A stretch of DNA of 64,000 nucleotides. Source: an uncultured Oscillospiraceae bacterium. GTDB lineage: Bacteria; Bacillota; Clostridia; Oscillospirales; Acutalibacteraceae. The notes beneath the pieces are model-generated. The model was not told where the DNA came from and searched no databases. It saw only the letters and a list, made by a program, of their open reading frames with translations. The position numbers were made by a program, and so were the translations under genes. The stretch covers positions 2,484 through 66,483 of the forward strand of contig CAUQPM010000014.1 in assembly GCA_963520015.1 (NCBI GenBank), written 5' to 3'. Below, piece after piece: positions 42,935-52,937 of this stretch. Position 1 is the first letter of the stretch; each line of letters begins with the position of its first letter.

Positions 42935-43804
42935 TTATTTCATAGCTGCCTTGGACATACCGGTTAGTATGTATTTCTGCAGCACAAAGAAAACGACGAT
43001 GATCGGCACCACGGCCATGACCGCCCCGGCCATAATCTGGTTTGTATTCATGGTTTCCAGCCCTGCATAGGAACGTTTTAACTCGTACACTCCCTGTGCG
43101 ATGGTGCGCCTGGTCATATTGGTTGTGACCATTTTAGGCCAGAAATAAGAGTTCCAGCTATCAATAAAGGTAATGACTCCCACTGTCATAATGGTTGGCT
43201 TGCACATGGGGCAAAGGATGCGAAAAATAACACCAATCCGGCCCAGTCCGTCAATTTTTGCCGCTTCCAAATAGCTGTTGTCCACAGCCATGAATGTCTG
43301 CCTCAGCATAAAAATAAAATAGGCCGAAACCGCATTTGGAACAATCAATCCGGCAAAAGTATTAAGCCAGTTTAATTTAGCGACCATAACATAAATGGGA
43401 ACGAACGTAATTTGAATGGGGATCATTAATGCGCCTAAAACCAGCAGGAACAGGGTGTCCCTGCCTTTAAACTTACCTTTTGCAAAACCGTAAGCGGCAA
43501 AAATACCAGTGGTAAGCTGAAAAACCATAATTCCAACTGTCATTACAATTGTATTGAAAAAATAAAGACCGAATGGAGCCATTTTTAAAGCGTCCGGATA
43601 GTTATTCCAGAAAAACTGTTTCGGCCAGAGAGTCGGAACTGCAAGCAGCAGTTCTTCCGATGATTTTAGAGAAGAAATAATCATCCAGTAGATTGGAAAT
43701 AACATGATAAGTGTAATTATAATTGCACAAAGATACTGCAATCCGGTCAAAAGCTTCTTTGGTATTTTAGAAGGCCTTTTGCTTTTGTTTATGATCTGTA
43801 CCAT
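42935..43804 (-). CDS. Carbohydrate ABC permease (UgpE-like)
   Basis: LEAAKIDG and WNSYFWP. Confidence 0.9.
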   Translation of the reverse strand: MVQIINKSKRPSKIPKKLLTGLQYLCAIIITLIMLFPIYWMIISSLKSSEELLLAVPTLWPKQFFWNNYPDALKMAPFGLYFFNTIVMTVGIMVFQLTTGIFAAYGFAKGKFKGRDTLFLLVLGALMIPIQITFVPIYVMVAKLNWLNTFAGLIVPNAVSAYFIFMLRQTFMAVDNSYLEAAKIDGLGRIGVIFRILCPMCKPTIMTVGVITFIDSWNSYFWPKMVTTNMTRRTIAQGVYELKRSYAGLETMNTNQIMAGAVMAVVPIIVVFFVLQKYILTGMSKAAMK

Positions 43805-43821
43805 ATGTATTCTCTCCCTCC

Positions 43822-44748
43822 TCATGAATCGTAGTGGACATTCTTATTTGAAATCTTCATTGTTGCCACTGTGAAGACGAGCAGTATAACAAAAAATACA
43901 CAGGATACTGTTGCGGCGCGGTCAACCCTGAAATCAACAAAGGCAAGGTCATAAATCCAATATACCATGACATTGGTTGATTTGTACGGACCTCCGGCTG
44001 TCATAACATCAATTGATTGGAAAACCTTCATGGATGCAATGAAAGTTGTCACAAACAGGAACAATGTGGTGGGGGACAGCAGCGGCAGTGTAATATACCG
44101 AAACCTCTGCAGGCTGCTTGCACCATCCAGAGAAGCCGCTTCGTAATAATCTGTGGAAATCCCCTTCATAGCGGAAAGATAAATAATCATTGCATAACCT
44201 ACCACTCGCCACGCAGTCAGGAATAACACGGAGATTAAGGCGGTACTTTGCGAGGTAAGCCAGTCGATCTTCCCGATTCCGAATAACTGCAAAACATAGT
44301 TCAGAATTCCGTAGTCTCCGTTGAGTATCCAGGAAAATACGATGGCCGACGTGGAAATTGCGATATATTTTGGCATAAAAACAACGGAACGCATAAAAGA
44401 AAAGCTGGAAGTCATTTTATTGAACAAAGCGGCAAGCAGTATGCCGCCGATCAGTGTAATTGAAATTTCACCCAGTGTGTATGAGAATGTGATACGCAGT
44501 GAGTTAAGCCATTCGGACATACCGGAGCCCTGAAACAGCCATATGTAATTTTTAAAACCGACGTATTTATATTGATCGTTTATTAAATTCCAGTTTGTAA
44601 AACTGATGCGGAAAAGATTGACGATAGGGTAATATACAAAAATAGCTAAAACAATAAGGGCGGGGGCGACACATAAAAAATCTTTGATTTTCTCAATCCT
44701 TTTATAGCGAGAGCTCGGCACCTTTATTGCACTTTTTTTCGAATTCAT
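43822..44748 (-). CDS. Carbohydrate ABC permease (UgpA-like)
   Basis: YYEAASLDGA, LPLLSPT and MTAGGP. Confidence 0.9.
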   Translation of the reverse strand: MNSKKSAIKVPSSRYKRIEKIKDFLCVAPALIVLAIFVYYPIVNLFRISFTNWNLINDQYKYVGFKNYIWLFQGSGMSEWLNSLRITFSYTLGEISITLIGGILLAALFNKMTSSFSFMRSVVFMPKYIAISTSAIVFSWILNGDYGILNYVLQLFGIGKIDWLTSQSTALISVLFLTAWRVVGYAMIIYLSAMKGISTDYYEAASLDGASSLQRFRYITLPLLSPTTLFLFVTTFIASMKVFQSIDVMTAGGPYKSTNVMVYWIYDLAFVDFRVDRAATVSCVFFVILLVFTVATMKISNKNVHYDS

Positions 44749-44963
44749 GATATTCACTCTTCTCTAAAAATAATCGTGGAATTCTTATTATTCATATGTG
44801 AAAATTGAAGACTTCAATAAACGAGATAATTCGACTTTTTTAATAGATAGCGAAAGATGTCGGTAAAGCATCTTTCGCTATCCTTATTGATACAAATTTC
44901 GTGAGCAGAGACTGAATTGCGATAGAATCGGGTTCAAAAAACTGGAAGGGAGAAATTGGTGAA

Positions 44964-46310
44964 TCAGGAATCCTGAAGTGCTTCGTTGATTTTTTTCCCT
45001 GCATCTTTCATTGCGCTTGTCATGTCGGTGTTTTCCATTACGGATTTCGCCATGGCTTCCATCCATACCTTAGCCAGCGTAGAGTAAGCACCGTTTTGAA
45101 TTCTTGGTTTGATATTGTCGAGGTTGTCAAAGATAGCGGAGAAAGAAGGTTTTTTTTCGAGGAAGGCTTTTGCTTCATCTGTCTTCGTTACGGAGTTACG
45201 GGTAGGCATATATCCGGTTTTTTCAGCCCACTTCATGTTAACGTCTTTCCCTGTAAGGTAAGAAAGAAGTTTCCAACCGGCATTTTTTGCTTCTTGGGAA
45301 TTCTTTGAGGGAATCAGGAGCACGCAGCCGCCGATTTCGGAATTCCTTGTTTCGCCGCCCGGAAGGTAAGCCATGCCAACGTTGAATTTGCAGTTTTGCA
45401 CATACATGTCATACAGGCTTGAAGTATGAATAACGGAGAATGCTTTTCCATCGATGAAATTTTGGCGCATATTGCTGGAACCGTCTTTTCCGTAAGCCCA
45501 ATAGGCCTTACCGTCAGTGCACCAGCCTTTTAGCTTATTGGCGATACCGATTGCTTTTTCGCTGTCAAGATCGGTCGTTGCATTGTCATCGTTTACAATT
45601 TTAACGCCGTTATTAAGATAGAAAGGTTCATAATACCACTGATCCCATCCCGGGAATACTGTGGCGTAGCGGGTCGTTTTTCCGCCTGAAGCCTTCGTCG
45701 CCTTTGTCAGGAAGTCATCCATTTGATCCCATTTTTCGGGAATGGTGATTCCTTCTTTATCGGCAATGTCCTTATTGTAAAACATGACCTGAGTGGAGAT
45801 GAGGAAGGGCAGAGCAACCTGCTGTTTGTTATAGCTGGAAGCTTCAATAAGACCGCTGCCGAAATCGTTAATGTCAAAATTGGTAGCCTGAACATACGGA
45901 TCCAGAGCTTCGCAAAGGCCGGAAGCACCATACTGTGCAACATATGGGGTATTGGCAACTGTAAGGGCAGGAAGAGTAGTGCCCGCTGCCTGGGCTGCAA
46001 TTAATTTTTCGTTCAAATCTGAGTAACTGCCCTGATAAATGGCCTTGACGGTGATGTTTGGATTTTTTGCTTCAAAATCTTTTACCATCTCGTCAATTAG
46101 CGGAGCATACTGGGACTCCAGTGCGTGCCACCATTCAATTGTAATCGGTTTGGTTACATCGTACTTCGCAGCGTCCGCAGCGGTTGCCGCAGCTGAGCTT
46201 GTAGGAGTGACCGTTGAATTTTTGTCCCCTGCGGGAGCGGAGCTTCCACATCCTGTGATTGCCGAGCATGCGATCAATACGCACACAATTAATGCCAGTG
46301 CCTTTTTCAT
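44964..46310 (-). CDS. ABC substrate-binding lipoprotein (UgpB-like)
   Basis: Lipobox ITGC; IEWWHA, YQGSY and TGYMP. Confidence 0.88.
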   Translation of the reverse strand: MKKALALIVCVLIACSAITGCGSSAPAGDKNSTVTPTSSAAATAADAAKYDVTKPITIEWWHALESQYAPLIDEMVKDFEAKNPNITVKAIYQGSYSDLNEKLIAAQAAGTTLPALTVANTPYVAQYGASGLCEALDPYVQATNFDINDFGSGLIEASSYNKQQVALPFLISTQVMFYNKDIADKEGITIPEKWDQMDDFLTKATKASGGKTTRYATVFPGWDQWYYEPFYLNNGVKIVNDDNATTDLDSEKAIGIANKLKGWCTDGKAYWAYGKDGSSNMRQNFIDGKAFSVIHTSSLYDMYVQNCKFNVGMAYLPGGETRNSEIGGCVLLIPSKNSQEAKNAGWKLLSYLTGKDVNMKWAEKTGYMPTRNSVTKTDEAKAFLEKKPSFSAIFDNLDNIKPRIQNGAYSTLAKVWMEAMAKSVMENTDMTSAMKDAGKKINEALQDS

Positions 46311-46434
46311 ACTGATTCTCTCCTTTTCAATACATTAATCTCCTAGCCAATATTCTGTACAAACTTTGAATTCATTTAGCTGTGTGTGGAAGCTTTCGAA
46401 AACAAAGCCTGTAACTAATGAATTAAAGAATCTG

Positions 46435-47223
46435 TCAATTGAAAAAATCCTCCAGGAGCTGCTTTCCTTCCGTTAGCTTTTGGATTGGAATACCGGTATC
46501 GTATTCCAGTACCAGACTGGGGTTACTTTCAGTCTGCTTTACTGTGTTGAAAATGGAATTCCAATTGGTGGTTCCCTCTCCGATGGGAAGATGCTGATCA
46601 CTGATCCCGTCATTGTCGTGAATATGTATGGCAAACAGTCTGCCTTTAACGGAAAGAAGAAGCTTCTCAATATCCCAATGGTTCATATGTGCATGGCCGA
46701 TATCAATCAGGTAACCGGCTTCTTTTGGGAAACCATTCAGAAAGTTCACATATTCATCAAAGGTGAAAATCGAATGAACTGCATTTCCTACGTTTTCTAT
46801 TAATAACAGCATGCCGTAATCTTTGTTGAACTCGATCAGTTCTTTTATATAAGCTTTCGATCTGGCTTTTGCGATCTCTTTATTAAATGTACGGCTTTGG
46901 CTGAATCCGGGATGCACGACTACGTGCGTGGCGTTTAATTTTGACGCGAAAATAATGGATTGGCGTAAGGATTCCATTACCGCCTCACGTATATGGTAAC
47001 TTTCACTGGTTAAATTCGTATCCCAAACAGGGGAGTGTACGGAATAGGTAACGGGTCTTTTTTTTAATTCAAATACAATGTCATCCATTCTATTGTGAAA
47101 TTCATTCCAGTGCTGCCCGTCAAGCATAAGTTCAATATGATCGGCACCACCTTCAATCATCTTATCTACATTTTCAAAAATGTCCCCGCCTATAACGCAC
47201 AACTCAGAATAATAAATATCCAT
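46435..47223 (-). CDS. Sugar-phosphate isomerase/epimerase (AP-endonuclease-2 TIM barrel)
   Basis: VVHPG, IENV, DIGHAH, HIHDNDG..DQHLPIGEG and VLE. Confidence 0.88.
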   Translation of the reverse strand: MDIYYSELCVIGGDIFENVDKMIEGGADHIELMLDGQHWNEFHNRMDDIVFELKKRPVTYSVHSPVWDTNLTSESYHIREAVMESLRQSIIFASKLNATHVVVHPGFSQSRTFNKEIAKARSKAYIKELIEFNKDYGMLLLIENVGNAVHSIFTFDEYVNFLNGFPKEAGYLIDIGHAHMNHWDIEKLLLSVKGRLFAIHIHDNDGISDQHLPIGEGTTNWNSIFNTVKQTESNPSLVLEYDTGIPIQKLTEGKQLLEDFFN

Positions 47224-47339
47224 CGTGTTTCATCTCCTTAAATAATCCAATATGAGGTATTAAAATTGATAAAGCTTTGTACTAAATATTTAATAGAATT
47301 TGTATCTCTAATATTTAATTTCTAGCTTTTATGATACAT

Positions 47340-47368
47340 AGTCTAACAACTAATTTGGCAAATGTCAA
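47340..47368 (-). promoter_or_regulatory. Sigma-A promoter for the isomerase-ABC operon
   Basis: Minus strand TTGACA-17 nt-TAGACT. Confidence 0.55.
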
Positions 47369-47432
47369 TATTAATATCAATAGATTAATAAAATATTTAG
47401 GCATATCAATCATAAATATTTTAGTTTAAATA

Positions 47433-47460
47433 TTGCATATACAGAAAATATGTGTATAAT
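47433..47460 (+). promoter_or_regulatory. Sigma-A promoter for the lacI-family gene
   Basis: TTGCAT-16 nt-TATAAT, preceded by TGTG. Confidence 0.55.
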
Positions 47461-47498
47461 GAGTATTGAAATATTAGTAAAGACGGTGATTAATTATC

Positions 47499-48581
47499 AT
47501 GGATGCTCAACAAAAGCCTACCCTTGTCGATATTGCAAAAATGACAAATCTTTCACAGGCTTCTGTTTCTATGATTTTAAATGGAAATAGCGGTATGTCA
47601 TTTTCAGAGGAAACAATTAAAAGAGTTCATGATGCAGCGGAAAAATTGCATTATACTAAGCCAAATCAAAAAGGCAGAGTGGTAAAAATCTTTAATAAAA
47701 ATACGATTGTCATTTTCTGCCCGACCATTACCAGTCCGTATTACGCCACCCTTGTGCAGGCAATCGAACAATCGGCCCGTGCAAAAAAGTTCAATACCTT
47801 TATCTTTAATACCTATCGTGATCTGGACAGCGAATTAAAAAGCCTTTCGATGCTTCGAAATACTGATGTGGCAGGAATTATTTTCACCTTTATTCCCCAA
47901 GCAAGTGAAATGATTGAAGAAATTAACCTTACTATACCGGTGGTAGTAATTGGTGACCGTAACAACGATGTCAATGTAGATACCGTTGAAATAAATAATT
48001 ATACTGCCGGTGTTATTATCGCGCAGCACATGATTCAGTTGGGTCATAAACATATAGCTTATATCTCCACGACGCTTAATCTAAGCAATTCAGCGCGTAT
48101 TAAAAGGCTGCAGGGCCTACAGGACACCTTCCAAAAACAATGTCCCGGCGGTACCGTTTTGGTAAAGTCAAAAGTGATTTCCCCACAGGACGATCTGAAC
48201 AATCTGCTGGTTGAACACACGGCGGGGTATGAACTGACAAAGGAGTGCTTGTCCCAAAAAAAAATTACGGCATTTGTTGCCGTAAATGATATGGTCGCGT
48301 TTGGTGTGATGGACGCACTGCAATCAGAAAACTATAAAGTTCCGGAAGATTACAGTGTCTGCGGGTTCGATAATATTTTTCCATCGCAGTTTTCAGCGGT
48401 TTCCCTGACGACAGTGGAGCATCACATTTTGGAAAAAGGCCACAACGCATTTGATATTTTATTCAGAAAAATCGGTAACATAAATTCCGACGGCACATTC
48501 CCAACCAGTATTACCCGCGTGGAATATCAACACCAGCTGATTGTTCGCAATTCAACTTCATCGCCCAGAAAAGACGGATAA
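47499..48581 (+). CDS. LacI family transcriptional regulator
   Basis: TLVDIAKMTNLSQASVS; NDMVAFG, VPEDYSVCGFDN and LTTV. Confidence 0.93.
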   Translation: MDAQQKPTLVDIAKMTNLSQASVSMILNGNSGMSFSEETIKRVHDAAEKLHYTKPNQKGRVVKIFNKNTIVIFCPTITSPYYATLVQAIEQSARAKKFNTFIFNTYRDLDSELKSLSMLRNTDVAGIIFTFIPQASEMIEEINLTIPVVVIGDRNNDVNVDTVEINNYTAGVIIAQHMIQLGHKHIAYISTTLNLSNSARIKRLQGLQDTFQKQCPGGTVLVKSKVISPQDDLNNLLVEHTAGYELTKECLSQKKITAFVAVNDMVAFGVMDALQSENYKVPEDYSVCGFDNIFPSQFSAVSLTTVEHHILEKGHNAFDILFRKIGNINSDGTFPTSITRVEYQHQLIVRNSTSSPRKDG

Positions 48582-48681
48582 TATTTGATCATGCCGGTTA
48601 TTTTTCAAAATGCTGCTGTTGTTTTAAAATACAGCAACGTAAATTTTAAAAATAGAAACGAATGAAAAGGCGGTTAACAAC

Positions 48682-49413
48682 ATGACAAAAAACATTGCAC
48701 ACAGAGGTTTCAGTAAATCGTACCCGGAAAATACCATGCTCGCATTCAGAAAAGCGGTTGAAGCGGGATGTGACGGCATTGAATTGGACGTTCAGCTTAC
48801 AAAAGACAGCCAATTGGTTATTATTCATGATGAGGATACCAAACGCACCACCAGTCGTTCCGGATTAGTAAAGGATTATACATTAAGTGAACTGCAGTGT
48901 TTGGACGCAAGCAATGGCTTTGAAGGGAGGTTCGGCTTTAATTCAATCCCAACGCTTCGTGAGTATTTTGAATTTGTAAAAGACAAAGATGTCTTTACCA
49001 ATATCGAATTGAAGAACAGCGTCGTGCCTTATGATGGAATGGAAGAGCAAACAATTAACATGATCCGGGAATTCGGTCTTACAGACAAGGTAATGTTTTC
49101 CTCGTTCAACCATTTTTCAATGGTAAAGTGCAAAACGCTTTCACCAAACAGCAAATGTGCTTTTCTCACCAGCTGCTGGCAGATCGGGGCAGGGGCTTAT
49201 GCAGAGCAGAACGGAATTGATTTTATCAATCCACGCTATAATTTTCTTACGGATGAAAATATAAAAGAGTTAAATGATCATCATGTCGGCGCGCAGACAT
49301 GGACAGTGAATCAAGAGGAAGAGATGAAACGACTTATTGAGCGTAATGTTTTCGCAATTATCACCAACTGTCCGGATGATTTAAAAAGAATACTGGAAAA
49401 TCAAAAAAACTGA
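48682..49413 (+). CDS. Glycerophosphodiester phosphodiesterase
   Basis: AHRG, PENT, IELDVQLTKD, IHD, NIELK and WTVN. Confidence 0.93.
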   Translation: MTKNIAHRGFSKSYPENTMLAFRKAVEAGCDGIELDVQLTKDSQLVIIHDEDTKRTTSRSGLVKDYTLSELQCLDASNGFEGRFGFNSIPTLREYFEFVKDKDVFTNIELKNSVVPYDGMEEQTINMIREFGLTDKVMFSSFNHFSMVKCKTLSPNSKCAFLTSCWQIGAGAYAEQNGIDFINPRYNFLTDENIKELNDHHVGAQTWTVNQEEEMKRLIERNVFAIITNCPDDLKRILENQKN

Positions 49414-49479
49414 ACCGTTAGAATTATGAATTGGACTCCGTAATTTTGAATACGAAGCAAAACGGGAGGGTGTATTAAA

Positions 49480-50616
49480 TTGATAAAAGCGAATAAAAGG
49501 TCCATTCTTACTTTTACATATCTTGCTGTATGCATGGTCTTTTTTGCCGGGTGCGCTGCTGACGCGGTTCCGTCTGCTTCAAGCAGCGCATCAGTCGCCG
49601 AAAGTGGCAGTGTCAGCTCCGAGTCAAACGGGAATTACGCACAGGATGACGTTGTTCCGGATATTTCCGCCAAGTCATACCCTGACTTTTTTGCTGTTGG
49701 GAAACCTGCTTTCGTGATACCCGGACTCAAAGAGGATTTAGTCCCTCAAGGAATGTGTTACATTTCTTCTGAAAATGTCGTGGTGGTTTCCTACTACTTG
49801 GAAAGCAAACAAAACTCAATGCTTGCTGTTGTGGATGCAACAAGCGGAAAGCTGATAAAAGCTGTCAAATTAGTGAATGAGGACGGTACCCCATACACCG
49901 GCCATGCGGGCGGAATAGCAGCCAGCAGTAAAAATTTGTGGGTTGTAACGGGCGGTGATGCGCAAAGGCTGCCGGTTTCGGATCTTATGAAGGCGGAATC
50001 AATGGCGGAAGTACGTTTTGTTGACAGATTCCGCACCTGTACCAGAGCTTCCTTGGCCAATTGTGTTGACGGCGTACTGTGGATTGGTGATTTCTATACT
50101 CCCGGCGGCGATTACGAAACTGACGAATCCCACCATATGACTGCACCCAACGGTTCCGGGAACAGTGCTTGGATTGTAGGCTACAAACTGAATTCTGTGG
50201 CGGAAAACGAACTGAATCCGGCCAGATATGCGAACCCTTCTACTACGGTTGCGCCCGATTATATTCTTTCTGTTCCCGACAGAATTCAGGGGGTTACCCG
50301 CCTTAACACAGGGGAGTTTATTTTTAGTGAATCTTACGGCAGGAAAAATGACTCCCATATTCTAATCCATAAAAATGTTTTGAAGACGAATGCAAATACA
50401 AATGCTGAAATAAGCGGAATCAAAGTGCCGCTCTGGTTTATCGACAGTGATACACTGGTAAAAAGCATTACCGCACCGCCTATGACCGAATCGATAGAGA
50501 ATGTCGAAAATAGCATTTATGTTTTGTTTGAGTCCGGCGCCAGCCTTTACCGCAGCAATGCAATCAACCCAATGGATGAAGTTTATCAGCTTACAAATCT
50601 TTTAAATGCAAAATAA
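49480..50616 (+). CDS. Uncharacterised lipoprotein (probable beta-propeller)
   Basis: Lipobox FFAGC and a Ser-rich linker; PQGM, HAGGIA, IQGV, SYGR and FESGA beta-strand blocks; TTG start after GGAGG. Confidence 0.7.
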   Translation: MIKANKRSILTFTYLAVCMVFFAGCAADAVPSASSSASVAESGSVSSESNGNYAQDDVVPDISAKSYPDFFAVGKPAFVIPGLKEDLVPQGMCYISSENVVVVSYYLESKQNSMLAVVDATSGKLIKAVKLVNEDGTPYTGHAGGIAASSKNLWVVTGGDAQRLPVSDLMKAESMAEVRFVDRFRTCTRASLANCVDGVLWIGDFYTPGGDYETDESHHMTAPNGSGNSAWIVGYKLNSVAENELNPARYANPSTTVAPDYILSVPDRIQGVTRLNTGEFIFSESYGRKNDSHILIHKNVLKTNANTNAEISGIKVPLWFIDSDTLVKSITAPPMTESIENVENSIYVLFESGASLYRSNAINPMDEVYQLTNLLNAK

Positions 50617-50679
50617 ACTTTGAACTCGGGAAAAAGAAGATTTATGCACCCAGTCCAGTTATGAAATGAGAGAAAAACA

Positions 50680-51627
50680 ATGAATTTCAACATTATTTTC
50701 AATAACTGTTTCAAAGTAATTTCCATGGGAACTGGTTATTTTCCAATTAGGTTTACCGAGAAACAGCTGGAAGGATATAAAAACATCAGCGCGCTTTTTG
50801 AAGAAAGAAGTTTGTGCCCTTCCGGTGTGGTAATGGAATTCCTTACCGATTGTCCCGAAATCTCCTTCTGCTACAATGTTGTGAAATTGTATAAACCCAA
50901 CGCGGTCTTTGACATTTATGAAAACGGCATCCTTTGCAAAGTCTTTCAGCACAATGATCTTGACCAAGCAGGCAGGGTAGTGTATAAAAGGCAAAGTGCC
51001 GGGAAATCGAAAATAACAATTTATTTGCCTCATTTGGCTCAGCTTATCATAGATCATATTGAAATCGGCAGTTTCGAGCCAATTTGTGACAATCGTAAAA
51101 AGCTGCTGTTTCTGGGTGATTCCATTACACAGGGAATGTCAGCTGTTTCTCCGTCCATGTCGTTTGCCAGCTTAATCGCCCGCCATTTTAACGCGGATTA
51201 TTTAAACCAGGCTGTTGCCGGGGAATGCTTTCGCGAAGAAAATCTAGACGAGAATCTCGGAATCAGTCCTAAAGTGATCATAGTCGCATATGGGACGAAT
51301 GACACGGTCAAGGTAGACAGCCTGAATGAAATAAAAAATAATATCTGCGCCTATTTTGACAAGCTGACTTCTATTTACAGCAAAAGCAGAATATATGCCA
51401 TTACCCCAATTTGGCGCGATTTTACAGCGGAACCGTCTTACTGGGAAAAGTCAAAGCGAGTGGAGCAAATGATTTGGGACAAAGCTCAAAAAAGCGGGTG
51501 CCGAGTGGTTGATGGTTTAAAACTGGTACCGCACCTTGCATCCTGTTACTCTGATGCTACAACACACCCGAATGAATTAGGCTTTCATCAATATGCATTC
51601 AATTTGTGCAATCAAATTGATCTTTAG
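50680..51627 (+). CDS. SGNH/GDSL hydrolase family protein
   Basis: FLGDSITQG, AYGTND and DATTHPN. Confidence 0.88.
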   Translation: MNFNIIFNNCFKVISMGTGYFPIRFTEKQLEGYKNISALFEERSLCPSGVVMEFLTDCPEISFCYNVVKLYKPNAVFDIYENGILCKVFQHNDLDQAGRVVYKRQSAGKSKITIYLPHLAQLIIDHIEIGSFEPICDNRKKLLFLGDSITQGMSAVSPSMSFASLIARHFNADYLNQAVAGECFREENLDENLGISPKVIIVAYGTNDTVKVDSLNEIKNNICAYFDKLTSIYSKSRIYAITPIWRDFTAEPSYWEKSKRVEQMIWDKAQKSGCRVVDGLKLVPHLASCYSDATTHPNELGFHQYAFNLCNQIDL

Positions 51628-51642
51628 AAGGGGAGTCGATCC

Positions 51643-51815
51643 ATTATAGAAGGTTTCGAAATACTCCATAACTTAAACCTGATTTCAATCACTGTCCGAA
51701 TTCTTTTGTCAGTATTAATCGGCGGAGCATTAGAGTTTAGTAAAGTCGTTCCCACACTGAGGTGTCGCAGGTATTAGGCTGTGCAACGAGTCTTAACTGT
51801 ATTGAAGAATTATAA
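51643..51815 (+). pseudogene. MgtC/SapB family remnant (internal deletion and frameshift)
   Basis: After RBS GGGGAG, one frame reads IIEGFEILHNLNLISITVRILLSVLIGGAL (MgtC-like N-terminus, no ATG). A second frame reads RSHTEVSQVLGCATSLNCIEEL* (C-terminus-like). Confidence 0.6.
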
Positions 51816-51829
51816 AACCAATCATAAGA

Positions 51830-51872
51830 ACCCCTAACCGCAGGATGTTATACTGCGGTTAGGGGTCCTTTT
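51830..51872. terminator. Terminator between convergent units
   Basis: 14-bp stem ACCCCTAACCGCAG / CTGCGGTTAGGGGT. Confidence 0.8.
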
Positions 51873-51903
51873 AAATATTTGATTTTTACCGGGCTGTTTG
51901 CAT

Positions 51904-52920
51904 TTAGCTTTGGCTGTTCTTTTCAAAGAAGGTAATCTCAAACTGGTATGTAATGCTTTGCTGGGGGTTCAGATATTTCAGTGAGTTTTGTTCCACTGCC
52001 AGCTCGTGACCGTCCAGCAGGGAGTTCATCGGTTCAAGCCCCATCACGTATTCGCCTTTGCCGAACATCTTCCACTGGCAAAAATGATCCAATTTTTCCG
52101 CATCAAATTTTACCTTAACGCCAATGTCCAATTTTGGCTGATACAATGAGTAGGAAGAAAACCCTTTTTCGTCTTTTTTTAATGTGTGGAAATAACACAT
52201 TTCTTCAAAATCATCTTTTGGGGCTTCGATTTTATTCCAGTCCTGCACATGCTCTGCCGCGTGAAGATTACGGGGGTTGACATTTTCGGAAGGAAGCGAA
52301 AGTTCAGCATCCTCATCCAGCATGGGATAACCAAAATTAAAATGGTATAACAGCATAAATGGAATTTTTTGAAACCCGTGATTGGTTACCGTATCTTCCA
52401 GACGAATTTGATTTTTACTATAGGGAATGGTAATTTTACGGTTTAGGGAAAGATTTTCGCCGAACAGCACAGCTTCCTTCATTTTACCGGATAAAACAGC
52501 GGTCGGCAAACCCTCGATGTCTTCGCAGGAGCAGTGGAACTGGTCGGCGGGTGTGTTTGAAAGTCTGCCATGCATTCCGTACTCTTTACCCTGATAGACA
52601 TCGGGAGCACCGATGTTCTGCAATCCGCATGTGGTGAGGAATCCTACATAAAAATTACGTAAAAATTTATCGCCGCTGTCATTAAAATATTGGGGTGAGG
52701 CAATGCCGCAGGGGCTCAGGTAGTTGATATTGTGCCCCTTAAATCGGACCTGATAAAAATCCATGCAGCGGTCGGGAAGAATCGTGGCTTCGAGCCCTGC
52801 GCCGTTATTGATTTCGACAACGTGCACACCCTCCTGGCGCCCGCCGATCAGGCGGCCCTCCTGAATGGAGATAAGCTGAGAAACGTCACCGATATATTCC
52901 AGCTGATTATGAAAATCCAT
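51904..52920 (-). CDS. Aldose 1-epimerase family protein (DUF4432-like)
   Basis: PDRCMD, FLTTCGL, HGR, LYHFNFG and YVMGLEP. Confidence 0.85.
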   Translation of the reverse strand: MDFHNQLEYIGDVSQLISIQEGRLIGGRQEGVHVVEINNGAGLEATILPDRCMDFYQVRFKGHNINYLSPCGIASPQYFNDSGDKFLRNFYVGFLTTCGLQNIGAPDVYQGKEYGMHGRLSNTPADQFHCSCEDIEGLPTAVLSGKMKEAVLFGENLSLNRKITIPYSKNQIRLEDTVTNHGFQKIPFMLLYHFNFGYPMLDEDAELSLPSENVNPRNLHAAEHVQDWNKIEAPKDDFEEMCYFHTLKKDEKGFSSYSLYQPKLDIGVKVKFDAEKLDHFCQWKMFGKGEYVMGLEPMNSLLDGHELAVEQNSLKYLNPQQSITYQFEITFFEKNSQS

Positions 52921-52937
52921 AAAGATCTTCCTTTCCG

